From Octopus sinensis (Eukaryota), in the NCBI RefSeq assembly GCF_006345805.1, contig NW_021829784.1:1-5925 (forward strand): a stretch of 5,925 nucleotides of DNA. The letters are read 5' to 3'. Every line of letters begins with the position of its first letter. The stretch's first letter is position 1. The translations under genes were made by a program, and so were the position numbers. The notes beneath the pieces are model-generated. The model searched no databases and had not been told where the DNA came from. It saw only the letters and a program-made list of their open reading frames with translations. Positions 1 to 5,925 of this stretch are shown piece after piece.

Positions 1-162
1 AGATTGGGTTTATTAACATTTGTGAAAAAAAAGATACCCTTCCCCCCACTCCTAACCCTAACTAACCCTAACCCTAAAACAGATCGATACTAGGGTCATA
101 ATTATGGGTGACAATTTCATATGACACCGCTAGAAAAAAATGCCATTCAAACAGAAGATATC
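1..162. mobile_element. Terminal part of a probable non-autonomous DNA transposon or MITE, cut by the window edge
   Basis: Contains imperfect (CCCTAA)n at 51-77 and ends AAAAAATGCCATTCAAACAGAAGATATC, similar to a recalled terminal inverted repeat of an abundant Octopus repeat. The other end lies outside the window, so the TIR cannot be confirmed. Confidence 0.4.
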
Positions 163-171
163 GTAACGTTC

Positions 172-232
172 TTCAAGGCGGTGCTCCAGCAAGGCCGAAG
201 TCTAATGATCGAATCAAAGTAACTGATAAAAG
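172..232 (+). mobile_element. 3' tail fragment of an octopus-type SINE
   Basis: AAGGCGGTGCTCCAGCAAGGCCGAAGTCTAATGATCGAATCAAAGTAA resembles a recalled SINE end (AAGGCGGTGCTCCAGCATGGCCGCAGTCAAATGACTGAAACAAGTAAAAG). Memory-based only. Confidence 0.5.
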
Positions 233-408
233 CTACAACAACAAAAAATATAACAACTACGAAATATTCTATATCGTTTAAATGCCGAAGGGACTTGTGA
301 ATCACTGTTGTATATCAATCTTTCTTGCCCAGCAATCTATTGACTTAATCATATTTTCTAATTGCTACTTAACGGTTTGTTGTTCATTCAAATTTTCTGA
401 AGTTATTG

Positions 409-487
409 CTGCTGTAGTAGTTGTTGTTGTTGTTGTTCTCGTTGTTGTTATTGCTGTATTTGTTATAATTAATGTAGTTGGTAGTTG
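409..487. repeat. Imperfect (GTT)n/(GTA)n microsatellite
   Basis: Directly visible trinucleotide repeats. Confidence 0.8.
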
Positions 488-668
488 AAATAGTAATTGT
501 ACTGATTTCCATTGTTACCTTACTTTGCAAAATTGTACCGCCTCCACCGCGCATACATATACAAAACACGATCACACACACACACACCACACACACACAC
601 CATACTGTTCATGCCAATTAGGTGATGTGGATAATTATTGTTCACAACCTTGAATTCAGCAGAGTGAC

Positions 669-760
669 TATACATACATACATACATACATACATACATA
701 CATACATACATACATACATACATAATACAATATATATATACATATATACTTATATATTAT

Positions 761-793
<33 letters not shown>

Positions 794-890
794 TATATAT
801 GTTGAATTTTTGCTGCTTTTAAATAAAGTATATATATCTATATATAGTATATATATATATAGATATATATATTATATATATATATATAAT
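669..890. repeat. (TACA)n followed by (TA)n compound microsatellite, interrupted at 801-829
   Basis: Directly visible. Confidence 0.9.
801..829 (+). mobile_element. Short fragment of the same repeat family, opposite orientation
   Basis: GTTGAATTTTTGCTGCTTTTAAATAAAGT matches the reverse complement of 1930-1958 (GTTGAATTTTCTGCTGCTTTAAATAAAGC) and sits between two (TA)n tracts. Confidence 0.7.
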
Positions 891-1045
891 ACCAGAGCAA
901 GCACATAAATGCGAAACAGGGTGGAAAAAATAGTACTTGAATACCAGTGGTAGAGTAATATGCCTTATCAAAAAGCTATAAAATGATCAAAAAAGCTGTT
1001 ACTCAGAGTAACAGTTTTTGTTATATTTTTGCTGATTTTTAATAA
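891..1045 (-). mobile_element. Second copy of the hammerhead-bearing repeat, core missing, ending in an inverted junction
   Basis: 891-1009 aligns with 1859-1977. CTGTTACTC-A-GAGTAACAG (996-1014) is a perfect odd-centred palindrome, and 1006-1045 resembles the reverse complement of 1932-1972. Confidence 0.7.
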
Positions 1046-1059
1046 TATATATATATATT

Positions 1060-1240
1060 AAATGCTCGAAATACGAGAGTAGAAAAACAGGCAACAACTG
1101 ATTAAGAGTCGTTTTTTGTGTCGTTTGTCTTCTTTTCCATTTGTGTCTTTCGTTGTTCAAAAAAATAGTTCATACCCCATGTACTCGTACTTCGTATTTT
1201 TTTGTTGTACACGTTTCGTGACGTCCTGTGTCCACATATG
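1060..1240. repeat. Probable interspersed repeat fragment, class unknown
   Basis: Complex island bounded by (TA)n tracts, with a strong T-rich strand bias and a GAAACGTGTA motif on the minus strand. Vaguely resembles a recalled Octopus repeat. Confidence 0.3.
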
Positions 1241-1263
1241 CATATGCATATAGCATATATATA

Positions 1264-1309
<46 letters not shown>

Positions 1310-1389
1310 GTATAAATGTAAGTATGTACATATACTTATATATATATGCATATATATATATTATTATATTATATTATATATTATATATA
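1241..1389. repeat. Imperfect (TA)n microsatellite
   Basis: Directly visible. Confidence 0.9.
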
Positions 1390-1397
1390 GGGGTCAG

Positions 1398-1747
1398 GGC
1401 CACTCCGTCGGTTACAACGTTGATTCGATCAACGGAACAGCCTGCTCGCGAAATTAATATGCAAGTGGTTGAGCACTCCACAGACATGTGTACCCTTAAC
1501 GCAGTTCTCAGGAAGATTCAGCGTAAAACAGAGTATGACAAGGCTGGCCCTTTAAAATACAGGTAAAACAGAAACAGGAAGACAGAATGAGAGAAAGTTG
1601 TGGTGAAAGGGTACAGCAGGGCTCACCACCACCCACTGACGGAGCCTCGTGGAGCTTTCTTTTAGGTGTTTTCGCTCGATAAATACTCACAACGCCTGAT
1701 CTAGGATCGTGAGTCCGCTGCCCTAACCCCAATGGGCCATTGCGCCT
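1398..1747 (-). mobile_element. tRNA-derived SINE (octopus-type) with a deleted B box
   Basis: Minus strand starts AGGCGCAATGGCCCATTGGGGTTAGGGCAGCGGACTC (tRNA-like 5' half with A box). It is a GC-rich island between microsatellites with a 3' hairpin CGTTGAT/ATCAACG (1418-1434). It resembles a recalled abundant Octopus SINE (unverified). No GTTCRA B box follows the A box. Confidence 0.75.
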
Positions 1748-1858
1748 ACACATACATACGTACATACATACATACATACATACATATATACATACATACA
1801 TACATACATACATATTCTGATTTTATATATATACATATATATATATATATACATATAT
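1748..1858. repeat. (TACA)n/(TA)n microsatellite
   Basis: Directly visible. Confidence 0.9.
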
Positions 1859-2021
1859 ACCGGAGTAAACACATAAATGTGAAACAAGGTGGAAAAAAGA
1901 GTACTCAAATACCAGTGGTAGAGTAATATGCTTTATTTAAAGCAGCAGAAAATTCAACAAAATCTGTTACTCTGAGTTTCCCGTTGCCGTTCATCGGACA
2001 GTTTTTGCTAGATTCTAGCAA
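1859..2021 (-). mobile_element. Short non-autonomous hammerhead-bearing repeat (Penelope-like LTR or retrozyme-like), most complete copy
   Basis: Homologous to 891-1009 (65/73 identical over 1859-1931 vs 891-963). In hammerhead sense: ribozyme, then AATAAA (1937-1932), about 75 nt more, then (AT)n. Flanked on both sides by TA-rich microsatellite. No coding region. Confidence 0.65.
1955..2010 (-). ncRNA. Minimal type I hammerhead ribozyme (variant core), probably dimer-type
   Basis: Minus strand reads UAGCAAAAA-CUGU-CCGAUGA-ACG-GCAA-CGG-GAA-ACUC-A-GAGU-A-ACAG-AUUUUGUUG. Stem I is CUGU(2001-1998)/ACAG(1967-1964), extended by CAAAA/UUUUG. Core is CCGAUGA (1997-1991, U4C relative to CUGANGA). 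Stem II has a GNRA loop (GCAA) and an A.G pair at its base. GAAA lies at 1980-1977. Stem III is ACUC/GAGU with a 1-nt loop. The NUH triplet is GUA, predicting cleavage between 1968 and 1967. Confidence 0.8.
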
Positions 2022-2026
2022 TAAAG

Positions 2027-2196
2027 TATATACATATATATATATACATATATACATACATATATTCATACATACATACATATATATATTCATATATACA
2101 TACATATATTCATACATACATACATATATACATACATACATACATATATACATACATACATACATATATACATACATACATACATATATATATATA
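2027..2196. repeat. (TA)n/(TACA)n compound microsatellite
   Basis: Directly visible. Confidence 0.9.
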
Positions 2197-2299
2197 TTTT
2201 TTAATTTTTGTACATTTTATCATTATTCTTTTGCAAAAACAATGCAATTTTCTTTTTTTTCCCCTTTCTAATTTAAAAAAAAACTTTTAAAACATAAAT

Positions 2300-2337
2300 T
2301 TCTTGACAAGTCATACATGACGAAACCGTTGAATAAA
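2300..2337 (+). ncRNA. Degenerate type I hammerhead-like motif (different family)
   Basis: TTC-TTGACAA-GTCA-TACA-TGAC-GAA-ACCGT-T-GAA-TAAA. The core differs from CTGACGA by two transitions. Stem II is a perfect 4 bp with a G-C base pair, followed by GAAAC, a near-ACCGGT stem III, a 3-bp stem I, and AATAAA at 2332-2337. Confidence 0.45.
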
Positions 2338-2470
2338 TATATATTTATATATTTTATCAATTCTCATTTTATTAAAATTTTCTTTCATTTGAGCATTCTG
2401 CATTTTTAAAAAATTTTTTCCTTACTTATCATTTCTCCACGTGCGGTCAACATAACCCACCATTTATTGA

Positions 2471-2512
<42 letters not shown>

Positions 2513-2638
2513 CTAATTATATATACATATGTCTTGCCCGCTTTCTCGTTTCCTCTAGAGAACATTCCTTTCTTTGTAGTTAGATCGTGGTGATCTACTT
2601 CTAGCATACGGCCGACCACATAGTGGCTTGCCCTTCAA

Positions 2639-2806
2639 ATATACATATAATATATATATACTATATATTTATGTATGTATGTATGTATGTATGTATGTAT
2701 GTATGTATGTATGTATGTATGGTATAGATAGATAGATAGATAGATAGATAGACAGGTAGATAGGTAGGTAGGTAGGTAGGTAGGTAGGTAGGTAGGTAGG
2801 TAGATA
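2639..2806. repeat. Compound (TA)n-(TATG)n-(TAGA)n-(TAGG)n microsatellite
   Basis: Successive tetranucleotide blocks, directly visible. Confidence 0.9.
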
Positions 2807-2851
2807 GGTTGATTGATATACATAAGTATGGGTCTATATTTAAGTAAATCT

Positions 2852-3084
2852 AGGGCGGTGAGCTGGCAGAAACCTTAGCACACCGGGCGAAATGCTTAGC
2901 AGTATTTCGTCTGCCGCTACGTTCTGAGTTCAAATTCCTCCGAGGTCGACATTGCCTTTCATCCTTTCGGGGTCGATAAATTAAGTACCAGTTACGCACT
3001 GGGGTCGATGTGATCGGCTTAATCCGTTTGTCTGTCCTTGTTTGTCCCCTCTGTGTTTAGCCCCTTGTGGGTAGTAAAGAAATA
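2852..3084 (+). mobile_element. tRNA-derived SINE, unit 1 (complete head)
   Basis: GGCGGTGAGCTGGCAGAAAC head, A box TGGCAGAAAC (2864-2873), B box GAGTTCAAATTCC (2926-2938), central GCCTTTCATCCTTTCGGGGTCGATAAATTAAGTACCAG, ending GTAAAGAAATA. Resembles a recalled Octopus SINE. Confidence 0.85.
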
Positions 3085-3268
3085 GGTATTTCGTCTGTCG
3101 CTACGTTCTGAGTTCAAATTCTACCGAGGTCGACTTTACCTTTCATTCTCTCGGGGTCGATTAAATAAGTACCAGTTATGCACTGGGGTCGATATAAACG
3201 GCTTAATCCGTTTGTCTTTCCTTCTTTGTCCCCTCTGTGTGTAGCCCCTTGTGGGCAGTAAAGAAATA
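3085..3268 (+). mobile_element. SINE unit 2, 5'-truncated tandem copy of 2901-3084
   Basis: Direct repeat with an exact 184-bp period. B-box-like GAGTTCAAATTCT at 3110-3122, no A box, same GTAAAGAAATA end. Confidence 0.85.
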
Positions 3269-3476
3269 AGAAACGTTAACACGCCGGGCGACCGGCTTAG
3301 CGTTATTTCGTCCGTTTTTACGCTCTGAGTTCAAATTCCGCCAAGGTTGACTTTTGCCTTTCATCCTTTGAGGGTCGATAAATTAAATTCCAGTTGTGTA
3401 CTGGGGTCGATCTAATCGACTGGGCCCCTTCCCCCAAAACTGGAGCCTTGTGCCTAGAGTAGAAAAGAATATCTAT
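3269..3476 (+). mobile_element. SINE unit 3, truncated within the A box, with a different 3' tail
   Basis: Begins AGAAACGTTAACACGCCGGGCG (equivalent to 2868 onward). B box at 3327-3339. After the shared central region it ends in CCCCTTCCCCCAAAACTGGAGCCTTGTGCCTAGAGTAGAAAAGAAT instead of the unit 1/2 tail. Confidence 0.8.
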
Positions 3477-3477
3477 G

Positions 3478-3481
<4 letters not shown>

Positions 3482-3513
<32 letters not shown>

Positions 3514-3519
3514 CTCTCT

Positions 3520-3563
<44 letters not shown>
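3482..3563. repeat. (TC)n-(TA)n microsatellite
   Basis: Directly visible. Confidence 0.9.
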
Positions 3564-3565
<2 letters not shown>

Positions 3566-3943
3566 TTAGTGTGCAAGCGTGTATCTCGTGTGACTCGTAC
3601 CTCGTTCCCGGGTATACAACATAATAAATCCTCTCCTTTCAAACAGACTTTCATTGAAACTGCGTTTAAAGATTCTGCTTAAGATTTTTTCCCTGTCGAT
3701 CGTTCATATTGTATCCCAAAATATACAAAAGATAAATAAAAAAAAAAGTATATATATATATGCATAGATGTATAAAAAATATATTACAAGTTAAAGGTGC
3801 CCAGTCTTCTTATTCAACCGTAAACGTTGATGAGAAAAGAAATACTGCCAACCATTTTGAAGTCCATTCTTTGGTAACTAACAACGATTTCACGCGTGAG
3901 ACATTGCCCCCTATATTATTAATACTTTCGTATTACACCTGTA

Positions 3944-4010
3944 GGTTGTTGTTGTTGTTGTTGTTGTTAGTGTTGGTGGTAGTGGCGGTGGTGTTGGTGT
4001 TGTTGGTGTT
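3944..4010. repeat. (GTT)n/(GGT)n microsatellite
   Basis: Directly visible. Confidence 0.85.
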
Positions 4011-4139
4011 ATGTGCTTCAGGGACCTCTTCAAATATTGCTGGCATGCGCACTAACGATTGGTAATATTATGACTATACATTCCGTTGGCCTGTGATGCA
4101 AATTGAATATCTACTTGCGTGCACCTTTATATACATACT

Positions 4140-4367
4140 TGCATATATACTTGTATTGTATACATGGATATATACATATATATATGTGTGTGTGTGTGTG
4201 TGTGTCCCCGTGTGTTTGAGTGTGTGTGTGTGTGTGTGTGCATATAGCTATAAATATAAATATATATATATGCATATATCTATCTATCTATATTTGTGAA
4301 TATGTGTGTATTTTAATTTAGTGTTTGTGTGCGTATATATATATGTGTGTGTGTGTGTATATATTTG

Positions 4368-4399
<32 letters not shown>

Positions 4400-4603
4400 T
4401 GCATACATGTATATACATGTACGTATATGATTGAGCATTAATGTGTATATACATTATACATGTCTATATGTATATTTTATGTATATATATATATATATAT
4501 ATATACATAAAATATACATATAGACACATGTATAATGTATATACGATATGCCTATATATATATATATGAAGATAAAGCGAATTATTAGAACTTTAATAAC
4601 ACA

Positions 4604-4643
<40 letters not shown>

Positions 4644-4660
4644 GCACGAACACGCACGCA
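4140..4660. repeat. Low-complexity (TA)n/(TG)n/(CA)n region
   Basis: Directly visible mixed dinucleotide tracts. Confidence 0.8.
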
Positions 4661-4661
4661 C

Positions 4662-4733
4662 CGAATTGTAGCCCTCCGAACATCGCAACGCACCAATTTC
4701 ATCATATTCACCGAGTCTGCATAGCAAACTGTT
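4662..4733 (-). CDS. Candidate 72-nt internal exon of an unidentified host gene
   Basis: Long polypyrimidine tract ending TTTTTCTTTATAG, a 72-nt CpG-rich block, then CG|GTGCGT donor. Phase-0 translation is NSLLCRLGEYDEIGALRCSEGYNS; one other frame (TVCYADSVNMMKLVRCDVRRATI) is also open. Confidence 0.5.
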
Positions 4734-5215
4734 CTATAAAGAAAAAGACAGAATAAAGTAAAACCAAAAGCAAAAAAAAAAAAAAGCAAAACCAAAACAA
4801 GACGAAGAACAACAAACAAACAAAAAACTCAAATAATAAATGAATAAATAAATAAATAAATAAATAAATAGAAGAAAGGCGGAATGAATTCTTCAGGTCT
4901 GTTAGACAAAGAACATACTCGCCGAAAGACCTATACCATTCAACATTTTGGCCATGCTAACAATTATTACAGAACTCACCATAATTTTCTTGTATGAAGA
5001 ACTCATAGCCTTACCAATACACAAATTCCACCCTGCTATCTTCTACCATTTATTGAACCCGGAAGTTCGTGATGGGATTCCGTAATTCCAATAACATTGC
5101 ATAAACATGTTGGGTTTTTTTTCTCTTCTACTTTCATTAATATATGAAGTGTATTGGCTAAGAATAAGATGAGCCTCTGGCTACAGGAAAAACAATCTAT
5201 GTCTATAGTTTATTG

Positions 5216-5353
<138 letters not shown>

Positions 5354-5454
5354 AGTCTGTCTGTATGTCTGTCTAATATTTGTTGTAATGTGTCTGCATA
5401 TGTATATATCCTCATGTATTTTCATGTGTTAATGTATGTGTCCTTTCTCACGGT

Positions 5455-5613
5455 GTGTGTGTGTGTACGTATGTATGTATGAATATATATTTATATATAC
5501 TTATCCTATGTATGCATGTATGCATGCGTGTATGTATGTATGTATGTATGTATGTATGTATGTATGTATGTATGCATGCGTGTATGTATGTATGTATGTA
5601 TGTATGTATGTAT
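5455..5613. repeat. (TG)n/(TATG)n microsatellite
   Basis: Directly visible. Confidence 0.85.
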
Positions 5614-5779
5614 GAATACATGTATCTACCTTTCTGATAGATACACATCTATTCATACACGCATACATACATATAGATACATACCTGAATGCATGCATGC
5701 ATGCACGCATGCCTGTATGCATGTATGTATGCGGGTACGAATAGATGTATATCTATAAGATAAATAGATACATGTATTC
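5614..5779. repeat. Inverted repeat with 59-bp arms (fold-back core)
   Basis: 5614-5672 matches the reverse complement of 5721-5779 at 52/59 positions. The 48-bp spacer contains (ATGC)n. Confidence 0.85.
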
Positions 5780-5925
5780 ACACACACATACATAGATACA
5801 TCATACACGCATGCATACATGCATATATATATACATGTGTGTGTATATAGATATATATATATATTGTTCAAAATGATACAAAAAATTAAAAAAATAAAAG
5901 CGTGAGAGAGAGATAGGTGAAAGAG

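Noticed and set aside
1065-1110. CTCGAAAT...CTGATTAAGAG as a possible type II hammerhead
   Set aside because: The core has G8 replaced by T, and stems I, II and III do not pair convincingly.
2427-2472. Minus-strand mini-ORF INKWWVMLTARGEMI ending at a GTAAGG donor
   Set aside because: The only acceptor is the end of a (TA)n tract, and the segment is too short to support.
2531-2638. GC-richer island between microsatellites
   Set aside because: Probably an old repeat fragment; I found no ORF, structure, promoter boxes or second copy to support a call.
2852-3476. Tandem units as a CRISPR array or tRNA gene cluster
   Set aside because: The units are long repeats without unique spacers, in a eukaryotic context. 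The A-B box spacing and body do not form a tRNA cloverleaf, so SINE is the better explanation.
3826-3845. TTGATGAGAAAAGAAAT resembling CUGAUGA...GAAA
   Set aside because: There is no stem II between the motifs and no stem III or cleavage triplet.
4021-4060. Possible 40-nt plus-strand exon (CTTCAG...GTAATA)
   Set aside because: Weak pyrimidine tract derived from microsatellite, not frame-preserving, unrecognised peptide, and opposite strand to the stronger candidate.
4897-4995. Plus-strand acceptor TTCTTCAG followed by a 32-codon open frame
   Set aside because: Purine-rich upstream context, no recognisable homology, and an early stop.

Overview
AT-rich eukaryotic non-coding DNA dominated by (TA)n, (TACA)n, (CTAT)n, (CA)n and (GTT)n microsatellites. 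The listed ORFs run through microsatellites and are read as artefacts. From memory, the interspersed repeats resemble abundant octopus (cephalopod) repeats; no database search was possible. Contents: the end of a probable DNA transposon carrying (CCCTAA)n (1-162); a SINE 3' fragment (172-232); a minus-strand tRNA-derived SINE whose B box is missing (1398-1747); a trimeric tRNA-SINE composite with a candidate 8-bp target-site duplication (2852-3476); one candidate 72-nt minus-strand exon (4662-4733); and a nested fold-back (about 5512-5826). The main signal is a small non-coding repeat family embedded in (TA)n (801-829, 891-1045, 1859-2021). Its most complete copy folds on the minus strand into a minimal type I hammerhead ribozyme: variant CCGAUGA core, GCAA-capped stem II, near-palindromic stem III, GUA cleavage site and a long stem I. 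Another copy lacks the catalytic core and forms a palindromic junction there. Two further degenerate hammerhead-like motifs lie nearby. Together this suggests a non-autonomous Penelope-like or retrozyme-type element associated with TA microsatellites.
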